Source of the DNA: Phoronis australis
Lineage: Eukaryota; Animalia; Phoronida
Assembly: GCA_002633005.1 (NCBI GenBank)
Contig: NMRA01000004.1
Location: 749,846-813,845, forward strand
Reading direction: 5' to 3'
Length of the DNA: 64,000 bases
A model generated the notes under the pieces. That model searched no databases. It worked only from the letters and a program-made list of their open reading frames with translations, and was not told the origin of the DNA. A program made the position numbers and the translations under genes. Shown in pieces: positions 28,401 through 39,700 of this stretch (the stretch's first letter is position 1; each line of letters starts with the position of its first letter).

Positions 28401-29838
28401 AAGAATATATTTCGAACATCAATCTGAGCTCATAAACGCTCTAAATTATCAAATAAAATGAGCAGTTTGGCTTACTGGCGTACCTTCTTCAACGTCACCG
28501 CGAGAATGTTTATATGGTACTCTATAATTAAAACCTCGGTTTTTAAAATATGGTGTAGCGACGAATTTTTACCATGACCAGCTTACTCTTATTTCTAAAC
28601 TATAAAAATTCCTATTCATACAAATTTCGTCACGGGTGCATCCCTTATCGTGAATATTCGGGTTAACCGAGTTCTTTTTATGAGCGCACTATTTTTTCGT
28701 TTTTGTTACACAGGTGTCGAAATGGTGAACGCACAATCCGGAAAATTTTTTCGCTTATGTTGAAAGCCTGAGATGTAGGACAACAGGTTTCAGAAAATAG
28801 CTATAACTTGAAAGTTACAGAAAACCATTCGCTTAACTTTTCAAATATTAAAAGTTCAATAATCAAATAGCGTAGATTAAATACTAAATAAATATTTAAT
28901 CTATGCTTAAATGACGCCTGAGGTTTTCAGTTTTATCAAAACGTCTGCTAGATACGTATTCAGACTTTTTGTTTTTGCTTTCTTTACAAAATCGCTTATT
29001 CATAACATGGACCCAAAACCACCTGCAACATCTCTATCGTCATACCGTAATCCAAATGTTAAGTCTTGTCGGGTGAGCAAATTCACCTCTTGTGAACATA
29101 CTGAACACACCGTTACCATTTTGCCATTGTCGATCATCGTAAAGACTGGTTTGTGTAATGTTGCAATCTTTTCGCAGGTTCCTCCAAGTCGCAGCCGTTG
29201 TGTAATAAAAGGCTTTGTTGAGTTGTCGACTCGTGCAGTAAAAAGATGTAAGGATACTCTATGCATACTACCTGGCCACGACTAATGGTAATTGTAACAA
29301 CGTCTGTGACAACCTGATCACAGTCTATGTGACTATAAACCCGCGTCTCGTCCAAGAATCAAACTTTTGATTCACACGACTCACCACTACAAAATTGGTT
29401 TCAACTCGTTTCTTACTCAGTTGAGACGTAACGTCTTGGTTTGCAGAGAACTGGCAGTTTGTTATTCTTGTAGACCATGATGCTCGGGACATAAAATAAC
29501 CCGCCGTGACAAGCCATCTTGAAGAGCCTGATATCAACCAATAACAAACTGCCTCGAAATCGCCTCCACTTGGACAGAGACCAAGTTCATAAAAGTGGTC
29601 TAAATTAAAAATTGTTTTTGTGATGGAAGGTTGATGTATGGCGGTTTTAATTTAGGTACCTCAACATGTGACTAAAAAGTCACCAGTTCAGTAACACCAG
29701 TCGCCGCGGTTACATATCTAAAGTACTTAACGTGGATATTTCTGAAGAATGAACTAACTCACCCTCAACTCCAGGAAAGTACATCTTTGACAAGAGCAAT
29801 CCTGTCCACAAAAGTTTGACACCATAGGGTTTTTGCAT
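7443..29838 (-). CDS. mosaic sushi/CCP and C-type lectin domain protein (SP-CCP-CCP-CCP-CTLD-CTLD-CCP-CTLD), spliced
   Basis: Exons: 29838-29763 (signal peptide-like), 28320-28132, 27373-27173, 24372-24187 (CCP1-3), 21091-20925, 20507-20420, 19055-18933 (CTLD1), 18652-18483, 18143-18056, 16412-16296 (CTLD2), 14002-13823 (CCP4), 12180-12014, 9261-9174, 7688-7569 (CTLD3), tentative last exon 7489-7443. All are GT-AG, all domain borders are phase 1, and the frame is open throughout. Confidence 0.85.
7569..7688 (-). CDS. C-type lectin domain 3, exon c
   Basis: FRQGEPNGDEHENCCAL..LVDISCSIRLQFICK|gtaagt. Confidence 0.9.
7947..8650 (+). mobile_element. solo LTR of an LTR retrotransposon (704 bp)
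   Basis: Starts TGTCA, ends TGACA, flanked by 5-bp TSD ATCAC (7942-7946 and 8651-8655); TATAAATA at 8288, AATAAA at 8544. Confidence 0.88.
8043..8295 (+). promoter_or_regulatory. heat-shock-element array and TATA box within the LTR U3
   Basis: nGAAn arrays at 8074, 8138, 8178, 8228 (TTCagGAAagTTCtaGAA) and 8262, immediately upstream of TATAAATA. Confidence 0.75.
9174..9261 (-). CDS. C-type lectin domain 3, exon b
   Basis: HVGAHDQYREGYFQRPDNSSLTYS, 88 nt. Confidence 0.88.
9674..11944 (+). mobile_element. Helentron/HINE-like non-autonomous element with an internal degenerate tandem array (interrupted at about 11050-11700)
   Basis: Begins AACAAGAG; repeated CAAATTTCATGAAAAT / CCACTAGGnGGC / GGATCCGTCnGAAA units; ends in a short hairpin plus GGGCCCATTAAAA; 3' end homologous to 36040-36159. 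Confidence 0.6.
12014..12180 (-). CDS. C-type lectin domain 3, exon a
   Basis: YAFV..LGWSEAQEHC..MNLATVENEDELIWM; not in the ORF track. Confidence 0.9.
12750..13260 (+). mobile_element. highly decayed Gypsy-like pol (RT) relic
   Basis: fragments WAS..VVV..NDG, FPVAQI, GTYQ....FGMCN, THHPLV resemble Gypsy RT/RNaseH motifs; many frameshifts. Confidence 0.35.
13823..14002 (-). CDS. sushi/CCP domain exon 4
   Basis: VHCMPL..GDEVHMSCRVGY...GNLTRRCLHNNTWSGKELTC. Confidence 0.9.
14352..14480. repeat. degenerate (GCT)n/(CAG)n microsatellite, intronic
   Basis: runs of gctgctgct with ctt/gtt variants. Confidence 0.9.
16117..16273. mobile_element. hAT-type MITE
   Basis: TIR CAGTGCTGTAGTGG/CCACTACAGCACTG; degenerate 8-bp TSD cactgcat/cagttcat. 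Confidence 0.8.
16296..16412 (-). CDS. C-type lectin domain 2, exon c
   Basis: FATGEPNGGLMENCGFL..LADLSCVARTSFICK. Confidence 0.9.
16803..17320. repeat. foldback MITE with long inverted arms
   Basis: CAACAATTGGTCGGACTTCAAAACCATTTGCC.. pairs with ..GGCAAGTGGTTTTGAAGTCCGACCAGTTGTTG; internal ~21-bp subrepeats. Confidence 0.75.
17785..17945. mobile_element. MITE
   Basis: AATATGCAAACTCAC..AGGGGA..TTCGAAC / GTTCGAA..TCCCCT..GTGAGTTTGCATATT inverted ends. Confidence 0.7.
18056..18143 (-). CDS. C-type lectin domain 2, exon b
   Basis: PWMGFHDQNIEGLFQRPDGTDVTY, 88 nt. Confidence 0.9.
18483..18652 (-). CDS. C-type lectin domain 2, exon a
   Basis: YIFV..LNWIEAEEDC..MALATVESDSEITWL. Confidence 0.9.
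18933..19055 (-). CDS. C-type lectin domain 1, exon c
   Basis: FSDQQPNENGIENNCAVM..WFAHPCDHELKFVCK. Confidence 0.9.
19240..20200 (+). mobile_element. decayed CR1/L2-group LINE reverse transcriptase fragment
   Basis: NNYRPISLLP..LFEK, KAFD..H..LLDKL, YGITG, VPQG, FKYLGI.FDD.L.W with many frameshifts and stops. Confidence 0.85.
20420..20507 (-). CDS. C-type lectin domain 1, exon b
   Basis: FWIGVHDQHIEGVYQRPDGTNLTY, 88 nt. Confidence 0.9.
20925..21091 (-). CDS. C-type lectin domain 1, exon a
   Basis: YMFV...LNWDDARHLC..NMSLATPEDASETSWI. Confidence 0.9.
23182..23340. mobile_element. hAT-type MITE (inverse copy at 25253-25550)
   Basis: CAGGGGCGGATCC ... AATCCGTCACTG ends with G/C runs. Confidence 0.7.
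23281..24032. repeat. about 375-bp direct duplication split by a single N (probable assembly overlap)
   Basis: 23281-23662 versus 23664-24032, with small indels; N at 23663. Confidence 0.9.
24187..24372 (-). CDS. sushi/CCP domain exon 3
   Basis: VTCLAP..VVFAC..G...RWCQADGTWSGEMPIC. Confidence 0.9.
24772..25813. mobile_element. HINE-like element with nested hAT-type MITEs
   Basis: ends TAGGCAA ... TTGCCTA with subterminal hairpins (ATCGCCCTG..CAGGGGCGAT; TAGCCCCT..AGGGGCTA); MITE 25253-25550 inside. Confidence 0.45.
26335..26490. mobile_element. MITE, same family as 58261-58419
   Basis: GTTCAGTAACGCTA ... TAGCGTTACTGAAC inverted ends; close similarity to the 58 kb copy. Confidence 0.75.
27173..27373 (-). 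CDS. sushi/CCP domain exon 2
   Basis: DCRSPVVP..LACWEGY..GNQTRLCMENGSWTGEPLMCE. Confidence 0.9.
28132..28320 (-). CDS. sushi/CCP domain exon 1
   Basis: FCPTLPIP..FQCKEGF..G..RTC....WSGSALIC. Confidence 0.9.
29763..29838 (-). CDS. lectin/CCP gene signal-peptide exon
   Basis: MQKPYGVKLLWTGLLLSKMYFPGVE(G)|gtgagt, phase 1 matches the next exon; acceptor tacag at 29846. Confidence 0.6.
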
Positions 29839-32800
29839 AATTTTTCTGTATGATCCTAATACGTTGGAAACAATTGCCGTAATGATCATTGCGTTGCCGT
29901 TTTTGAAAATACTGTAGGCATCAATACAAACACACTGTTCAGTACAATGTATAAATGTCTTATTTTCCAACGGATATTAGTCTTCACGTGCGAAGGCAGT
30001 AGACATGGCAAATATTGACATCCACGGAGGTTTTTAAGCTCTACCGTATATCCCCTCAATTGGACCCATGTACCTAATTGTGGAACTGCGTCTAATTGCA
30101 AAACTTAAACACACACCTAAATGCGAGACATTTGAGTAGAATTTGCCTTCCTACGGATATACTCACTATAAATTTCAAAAGTGTATCTTTTAGTATTTAA
30201 CCATCACTCACCTTTTTATTCTACCCAGAGTGTCAATGACGCCACACGCTACTTGAAGTAAAGAGGTTCGGTAGTGCATTTTTTAATCAAAACGCGCCTA
30301 TAATCGGTGCCCTGCATGCGCCTAATTGCAGAACCTAGGTACACTCGCCTCTATGCGGAACATCTGAGTGAAAATTTGAACTAAAATCGCATTTTCCTGC
30401 ATATAGGCGTATGCGATTAGTCTTTGGAGTATTTCTCGGCATTAAAGAGGCTCGTCAAAGATAGCTTTTAAACGAATCCAGACGAAAGTACCTTCTCACA
30501 ACGTCTACTACAGAGTTATTCACTTTCCCTTGTGAGGGAATTTCCAGAAAAAAATCACAAAATTCATAATTTTTAAATACGCGCAAAGGAAAAACTTTGT
30601 AGTCACCACAGAGTTTCTAATATCCCTCCCACTTATGATACATGCGCGCATGCGCTCACAGTCATTCAACAAACAGCTGACTGATTAGCTGGATATTAAC
30701 GCAAATTATCTTGTGTGATCGCACTCGAATCTGAGGTTGACCGCACAATATTAAGCAAGTCAGTGAAGCAAGCAATTTTCCAAAAATACTTCCGTCGGCA
30801 ATCTCAGTCATACATCGTTTTGACTCAAAATCTTTCCAAAGTCACAGGAAAATACGCAAGAAACGAACTATACCAAATAATCTCGCCAAGGCAGGTGTTA
30901 CATGTTATCTGGGCGGGGTTTCCGCGGGAACCTCACACATGACGGCAGTTGATTAAGTACCCATTATGCATGAGTCACCAGTCACTCACTATAATGTCCG
31001 TTTTAGGTGGTGGTGCAGCACTAAAAATAACAATTATTAAAATTCATATTAGATTTGAAAATATTTGGTGTTGTGTTGAATGAGTATTATTTGTGATTAA
31101 GTTTCGACTGAACTAGCTTGCGCTAAAATCTGTTTTATGGAATTTTGAATTAAAACGAAGCGGAATTAGTGTCTTTAATAACTTTCATTCGCGAATATCT
31201 TGCCTTGCAACGGCGCCTGCTTGGTAAATGCACTGGCGTCAAATTGATAATTCCATGATTGGTTAAATATTTATGTAGGTATTGATTAATTTGTCGTGTG
31301 TCTTTTAGGAACGGAAAAGTTCCAATTATTCTCGGTGCATTATGGAGACAAATCACGGAAAACACAAGCATCAGACTCGCACTTGATGGTAAATAGCAGG
31401 GGGTTTTCGACTAGAACACATTTGACTAACTGAACCCCCAAATCAGGCGTCAGTAATGAATGAAACTATCTGATCGTGTTAAAAATATATAAAATGAGGC
31501 TCATGCTGGGCATTAGAATGTAAGCTTAGCCTACTTTGGAAGAGTTTAACGTATCAGAAAGGAATTTGAATTCGAGTGCCATTGCTACTTCTGTTTGAAT
31601 AGAATTGTTTATCTTTTCAGTAGTCAGATCATTATGCATGAAATTATTATGGGCACCCAAACGGGCGTTCATTGAAGACATATGAACGTCGCCTAGTACT
31701 TTCCAGCCATAGTCACGTCATTCACTAGTTGAATCAATGGTGTTAAAGGTAGAATGCAGCGACCCTTTCTAAACGATAGCGCATTATTCAATTAGAGAGC
31801 CACTTTGTAGGCTAATTCTAACAAGGCCTTCCCGACACTGGGGGCGTAGAAGCGCGTAATTTGAACAGTGCGGTGAGGGCACTGAAACTCCGAAACGACT
31901 GTCTTTGATATTGGCTCCTAGGTCATCATTTTTTAGTTTTTTTCCATTAGCCTACTTTAGGATCCACGATTAAAATTGTCTATGGTCAGTAGTTTCCCAG
32001 TATGAATGGAATAACAGCGAGTGTAGAAAAAAACAAGATATTTTATAAGAGAGATTATTTCAACGCGTTTTTGTTGATCTACAAGATAAGTTCAAAGCTA
32101 CATTTCCTCACGTGTAGCTGACTAAAAACGAAAATCGAACTAGCCCGCCTTTTACTCTCACAAAATAGATATCACAATATTGTGTACCGTAACAGCATTC
32201 CATACCAACAAGGACATCGTTATTGGAAAGGTGAAAATATGCCATTTTCTGAACATCTCCCATGCGGCTTGCTATCACACACTGGATTCCCGCTACTCCC
32301 ATCTTACATATGGACAAGACAGAATGAAAAAGATCTAAAACCTTCCGATTATTTTCTTCACTTGGAAAGCAGACATTGCAGTAGTAAGCATATCCCTTTC
32401 TTGTGGAATTCTAGCAATGTGGAGACCAATAATGAAGAAGAGTTTTTTTAACAAAAACGTTTCATGACAAATTTTACAAATTTAGAGGCACTGTTGCGAC
32501 AACACAGCTATAAATACCCTTTTTGATAGTGTGTGTGTGTTGCAAAGCCAAATGTGAAGAGAAAATAGAGATCTTACTTACGAGGAAGTCACAGTGGTTG
32601 AAATAAGTAAAAAGAAACTGGATCCCTGTTCCGATGTTTTTTCCATCGAATTTCTGATTTCGGGACTGACTTTGGTCCTTTCAGTGAGTGTTTTTGCCGT
32701 TGATCAGTTATCATAAACACAAAATAGTGCTTCAAATGGTCAATGTACATATTTTCGGTAAAGCTTTACATCTTTCTATGACTAGTAGATGTCTTGAAAG

Positions 32801-34451
32801 CCACACGTTTAAATGTGTCCAATTTCTGTATTCACTTTACCCATTTTTAAGAACATTACTCCTTTTGGTGAGGACTATTTAAATGGTTTCAGTTTGGGCT
32901 CGTTCACATAACTATTACTATGACAAATACATTTTTAGCCAAAATTTAGGTCCGTGATACCGTTTTTTGTGCAATGAAGTTCTAAAGTTGCTGCCACACC
33001 TTTTCATAGAATCTAGTTATGTGGAACATTTATGGAAGAATTTCAGAGGAATGCTTGAAATTTTTCACACTTGTTTTCTTATAAATTTGCTACTTTCGGA
33101 CAAAGCGAGACAGGATTTCCTGATTCAATATTTTAGTACCGTACATTTATAGGTAGTTATATGATAAAAATGTACCTTATGTTCATAAGTTTTGTAGTGG
33201 ATATTCTAAAGTAATATTTTGCCGAAAAGTGCATCGCCCATAAAAACCTAGAGTGGGACAGCATTTCTGGAAAATAGGAGAATTTTATCGCATTGATGAA
33301 TTCAATGTAACATGTTTTGCAAGGAAGGCTCCGTTGACGTGTATGAATGTGTGTATGAGTGGAAGACACTTTTGTATATTTTCGCACTTAATTTTTGAAT
33401 CATAATAAACGTAAAAATACTGCAGTGAAATTCGTTATTTTGCTGAACGTAGAAGTCTTCATTTCCACAAATCATTTCAGTGTGCTGAATGCAATTTAAT
33501 ATTCTTGTACATCTGAGCAGACTAGTTGTGCGTAAATGAACTGGTTCTATCGGCGATTCCCACGGTTTCAGAACAGATCTACTAGAGTGACTTATCGACT
33601 TGGCCTAAAGAACAGTTGAAAAAACAATATTTGTAGTAGCTAGTGTTTATGTTGTCAGGAAATTTGCAGGAAACGGAAATAAAAACGAAGTGGGGTAATA
33701 TTTATAGGTCTGGAAATTATTCTCGTTTTCAAAATCAATAACAGTATCATATTAAAGGCATAATTTCATTTTAAAAATAGCAACTTTATTCACGTGCGTT
33801 ATTATCCTTTGTTTTAATTGAAAATGAATCGTCTGGGAATTCCCATGATGGAAATACTGTCTTTGCGACTGCAAGTAACCAGCCGTGACATGCAATTTTA
33901 ATTAATGGGCCTGGTCTGAAGCTATGACGACTTGTCAGTTCTTCTCAAATGTACTGAGGAGTCATTTCTTGTCTGAATAAAGAACAACTTGTGACACCAA
34001 TGATCTGGAAATGGCCTAAATCAACAGAAGGCGCGGGTTTTATTGCCTTTTTAAGACCTACGAATAAAACGATTCCTCGGCTTTCAGCAAGAACAATATT
34101 TTAACACAATCTGTCAGCTGACAGTTTGGAACCGACAATACGACATGCGTACACGACACTTGATTGATTTCGCCGGGTCCACAGATCTGCTAAGACATTT
34201 TGATTGGTTCTTGATGCCGACGTCCGGCTTTTAACGCCATCAGATATTTTAGGGTTGACCCGGCGAAGTCAATCAAGCTCAGCCAATGCGAAGCTGTAAG
34301 GAAGGCTTGGCCTCTTTGCACTAATCGGTGTTGGAAAGTCATACCTTCTACCGTGTTACGCCACACTACCTCTGACATTGAAGGAGGAGATGGCTGCCGG
34401 GGTGACCAAGTCCCTGACAGCTAGCTCTTATACTTATCCATCCCTGAATCG

Positions 34452-34664
34452 CATGCGCGCACCCAGCCTTTAATATGGGGGGCTCGAATATCTGACGATG
34501 TGGGCCTTTCACTACCAAAAGGACTAAAAAAACGGGGTACCACGTTCAGAGCCGTGAATTGTGTGCTTGTGTGTTGAGCCTTTTTATTGGATTTTTGTCT
34601 CGTTTTCCCGAACTTTTTGTTTCTGTGAGGCGGACCTTTTTGTCCACCCCTTGGGTGCTCGCAT
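34452..34664. mobile_element. MITE
   Basis: TIR CATGCGCGCACC/GGTGCTCGCATG; homologous to 683-903. Confidence 0.7.
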
Positions 34665-35572
34665 GAGTCAGGATTGAATACTAATCTTGAGTGTTAGACA
34701 CGATGTTGACAGCTAGCAACTGAATTTTTAACCTAGCAATGGTCGCTACCTAACAACATACAAAAAGGTCTTTATTCGCGTAATCTGTTTGTAGAGTTAA
34801 TTAACAACGGAATCCGCGATGACATTTTAGTCAAGCTATGGAGTTAGAAAAAATGTCTGGTTCTAAATACGAGAACAAAAATCGATAAAAGCTTTTGTAT
34901 TAAAAATCTGCAATTTAACTATAGGATGCAGGTTGTACCGTATGTGCACGCATGTAAGCCCATGCGCATTAAAGAATTTTTGTCAAAGTGTTTAGCCCAT
35001 AAGAAAACCGGCCGGTTTCACTGAGTTCTAGAAATTTTTTAGTTTATTTGCACAAGTCCCGTTGTAGACTCTCGTCAAGTGGCCGAAAAATCTGGAAATT
35101 TGATCGAAAATCCTATTGAGTGGAGTAAATACATTGATATATCGTGGACTAAAATTGGTGATTTTTCGAATCTTTGTTTGGCTTCTGAAATCGAATTACT
35201 CGGAAAGTTAAACCTGGATCATGCCAGAAATAGATGCCATTTGAGATTTCCGTTCCATCTATGAAAAGTTTTAGTAACTCTTTGAACCCTGGGAGAGTGG
35301 CCTCCTAGTCCTTGTTTCCGGTATAGGCGCAGCTTCGTATGGGCCAAAATACTTCCATATAACATTTCTGTTTCATGTTAACGGAATAGCTAGTTGGCCC
35401 CACACCTAAGCAATGTTCCTTCATTCATAAACATGTTAAACTCACTTCTGAGCGACTCACCAACCGCCAATTCCACCGGGAAAGACTGCCAAACGAGGTG
35501 CCGACAAAAACGTGAGTTGTTGGCTGGCATCTGTTAGTCCTGCCACTAAATTGGGGGACAATGTTTAGGAGT

Positions 35573-36159
35573 GCAAGAGCCGCATAGCTTTTGCTTGAAC
35601 CAATGCTCCATGGCAACAATCACCAGGTGGAGAAATTGTGGATACAAAGACAAACATAAAAAACTAAAATTGCAACCAGGGGGACGCCAGAACAGTAGAA
35701 CTGATCTAAAAATGAACAGTCTTCTCATCAGGAACACATCTGCCAATTTTCATAATGATCCCTTGAGTGCTTAGGCTACTCGGACAGAGAGGCTGATGTA
35801 AAAAACACACTAAAAAAACTCAAAAATGACCAACAGGTAACAGGGAATACGTCACATCCCTCCAATTGAAAGGCATCATCATCTCCTCAATAGAAACCCA
35901 TATGCAAAGACTGATGAAAATCCATCTAAAACTCCAAAGATACAGAAGCAAATGTAAGAAAACTTGTCACTAGAGGGCATAAAGGTAGTCCGATGGATCT
36001 GAACCACGGTGTTGCCTATCATCAGCTTCATGGGAGCCCATCTGCAAAATTTCACTTAGATCCTGCAAGGACATTATGAGATACAGCAGTGGACGCTGGA
36101 CGCCTGGACAGTGATGACGGCATTACGCACCCAAACATAAATATGTGGGCACATAAAAA
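35573..36159 (+). mobile_element. Helentron/HINE-like element, same family
   Basis: CAAGAG start, same core units, ends CCCAAACATAAATATGTGGGCACATAAAAA. Confidence 0.6.
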
Positions 36160-36300
36160 TGTAAAAAATCCCGAGAGTAATATGTATGGCCAACACAAAA
36201 ACAACAACATCAAGACTAGTTCACACAGTTTACTCATTGTTTCACATTTCCTGGACAATGATTCACCCATTAAATAAATACAGATCAGCATCAAGTCTAC

Positions 36301-36718
36301 TTAATCTTTGAATTCCTGTTTTAAATGCCACACGCCAACACCGTTACTTTTCTCAAAATAACAAATCTGTTTCAACATAGCTTTGAATTTGGCCGAGTCC
36401 AAGGCGGGTAACTTTTCACCAAATTCTTTCACAACTTCCGCGGACGTGGCTCGTCTCGCAGCTGCAGCTCTACATGCTATGAATGCCCTGATGTCTGATA
36501 TCATCTCATAATCAGCAGAGTTCAACTCCATGACTGGGTCATCATCATCGTTGACGGATATGGTACGAGTCTGCATTGTAGAGATGAGTTGATGAGATGA
36601 TGGCACAGCGTCAGTCTGGTCGCGGTTTTTTCCATCAAAATGTCTCTCCTTCGCATCGGTCACCTTGTCTACACTTGATACTGTTTTCGCTACCCGCTTC
36701 TTCTTACCAAATCTTGTA
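36301..36718 (-). CDS. ERCC6: ERCC6 last coding exon (C-terminal winged-helix/ubiquitin-binding region)
   Basis: [35 protein letters not shown]; the acceptor could be 36718 or 36712. Confidence 0.93.
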
Positions 36719-39700
36719 CTGCATAACAAATGGTATATTACATGCAATCAATAAAATGGTATGGTCATTCCGCCATAAAAAAATACCATAACAGCAAAGT
36801 ATGTATTTGTATATACTTTTTAATTGTTCTTAAAGCAAAGGATATGATGTTCAAAGGTACCGGTACATTACAAAACCAATCATTGAAATGGGATGGTCAT
36901 TCTGTCACAGAAAAATACCAAAAATTATGGAGGATGTATTCACCAATAGGGTAATCACTTGTTAAGCACACAATATGGCCGACAAGAGAAATTCTATTTT
37001 GTCCAATTTCTCCACAACAATAAGGATTAAGAAAATTTTAGTCTATCAATAGCATGGTTTGTACTTGTGCAGTAAAGTTAACAAGCCTTTGAAAAACAGA
37101 AAATGACAATTATTTTTGTGCGAAATAGTAGAGAATTAACCATACTCTTTATTATGGCTCATCAATAGGCAAGATATGATGCTTGCAGGTGACATAAAGA
37201 ACTATTTGTGAAGTAGTTGAATGTTGCTTTTCTGTCAGATGTTATCCAAGCATAACAAGACGTGTTAAAGAACACTGGAGATGGACATTAGATACAGTCA
37301 AGTCCAAAACGTGTGTCAGTAAGTATTGTATGCTGATCTAGAAATGTCTCCAAGCCTGTTTCAATCGTCTCCAGCTGATCGCTAACTGCTTCTTCTGTAA
37401 AGCAGGGACAAATCTGGTACAACCTGAATGAGATATTTTTTCGGACTAAAGTGAAATCTTATTTACCTAAAGGGTTGAGTGTACACACTAACACAACCAA
37501 GTTCAGAGTGTCCCACTAATGTGAGTTTTACAATTGCATTTTATCATATTAGTATTCATGTTTACAACAATACTGTATTAAACGATATCATGTAACTCTA
37601 CACACATCATACCTGGGTGCTTGTGTATTGCTGCCGCCCGTCCATGTAGGTATGCCAGACATTGGTGAGTAACATCTTGCCCTCGACTTCTTGAGTGCCT
37701 TGGCAGCTGAGGAGGCCACTCTCTCCGCCTCGGCCTCAACTAGGGCAAAGTCAGGCTGTGAAGACTGCATGATAGTGTCATGTTGGAGGGCGCTGTGCAC
37801 ACCTTCAATGGAGAGAAATTGAAGGATGGTCAACCATTAGCAAGGTGGTGACCACTATTGTCTACCAGCAGCTGTAAACAAGCCTACTTGAAGGGTAACC
37901 AATAAAAGTAATATCTTGCAGGTTGGGCAAGGTCAGGGAGAAAATTGACAAAATACAATTTCTGTAGTCAGACATATTCTGAGGTAAATAAGAAGAATGA
38001 CTGTAGTTAGCATCATATTACACTTTCAATGTCCGTATTAATGAAGCATAATATTAACTCCACAGTAAAATTAAGACCAACAAAAATACTAGTACCTGAT
38101 TTCTTGAACAGTTTGGCAAGCACATAATCATTTTGCTTTTGATTCTGCACTAGTTCGTCATCTTCCTTCTCCTGTCGGTTATCAAACTGGCTTACTTTAC
38201 TAAGGTAGGCAATTCTTTCACCTTCACAAACTGAAATGAGAAAAATTTCCTACTATCCAAGGTGGAAATGAAACAGTAAGCCTCATATCATAAACGAATT
38301 AAGAAAAGGACTTAAAAGAGAGTGGTTAATCTAATTTACCTAACTGAGAAATGGCTGGATGATCAATAAAGCCATTTCGTTGGTGAAAACCTCCAATAAA
38401 AACATGACTTTGCTTGTTGGAGGTTGCTACAGTTAGAAACATTTAGCAACCAAGGTTTAATTCCTTGGGCAACCCAACAGTCACTTAACAGAGAACTCCT
38501 GAAACAAAAGTACTACAAGAGGTCAAGCATGTTTATTTTTGTATCTCAATGTGTAGTTACAATACCAATTTCAAATAAGAATACAATAATTTTCATTGAT
38601 AGAGGAAATGCAAGGCGTTAAAGAGGAAAATGGAATCAATGAGAAGGAAGTACGGTGTAAAAAATTGATGAAATACAAAATACTGTACACTGCCTCACAG
38701 AGGTATAAATAAAAAAACAGGGATATAAGTTAATGTGTTATGTCTTGGAACCAACCTGCGTCCTTTCTTTTTTTCTTCTTGGTCCTTTTTCCCTTCATTT
38801 TGGAAGGCTTGCCGCCTCCATCACCCTGAGAATCTGTGTTTTGACTCGCTCGTTTCATGAACTGTTTACTAATCTGTTTGGCCAACTCCTTCATGGCCTT
38901 GACCTTAGAATCAACCAGTTCTTCATCATCACTTTTGTTTTCCACACCACTATCAGACTTGGGTTTTTCTTTCTTCAAAACGTCAAATCGGTTTGGCTTA
39001 CTAGACTTTCTTTTGACTTCCACTTCAGAACCAGTGCCAGCAAATATTGCATTAGTTTCCGTTTCCTCCACTTGACTAGACAGTGTGAACAGTTCATACA
39101 TGTCGTTGGCCTTGAAGAACCGTCTCTGTTTGGGATCTTTCAGCACACGATTAGTCAGGAATTGCTTAAATATTTGTCTGCAAAAGAATACGAAACAATT
39201 TTAAACACCAGATGTCTGTGGACTTTTGTAGGCCTCCTGTCAACATTACAATCTAGTAAGATTTTGAGAAGAAACGTGTAGAAAAACACATGAGGGGGCA
39301 GCACAAATAACAAAGATCCCAGTCTTCTTATAGCTTAGATCCCAGAGAAACCTTAATTTAGCAGTAACTTTAAATTGCATTAAACAATGCAGTGCTTTAC
39401 AAATGAAGGAAAGTATGAAAAAGGAAGACCCAAGATTCCATGTCCAAACTGAGCCAGCAACTCACAATTTCTGCCCAACATGAGTTTGATTTCATGATAA
39501 GAGTTCTAATTAATCATACCTGATGTTACGTTCTAACATTTGGTTTTATGTGCAGAGTGTCACCAGATTCCAGTCAGGAGAAAAACTTTTAACTTGAATT
39601 CAACTCTTAAGTTCCGACATTTGATATTGGAGCCCAATGTTAAAAGAAAGCAATCAAAGGACCAATATGGTTATATGATAAATTTGCGAAGTCATAATTG

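Noticed and set aside
32293-32650. Two minus-strand GTAAG donors with short upstream frames (YYCNVCFP..., MEKTSEQG...)
   Set aside because: The phases are incompatible and there is no domain; cannot be supported as coding, though UTR exons are not excluded.
33961-34016. Hairpin-like segment as a possible pre-miRNA
   Set aside because: Only the outer ~8 bp pair well, and no known mature miRNA sequence was recognised.
38733-39281. 182-aa plus-strand ORF
   Set aside because: Antisense shadow of ERCC6 exon 17.
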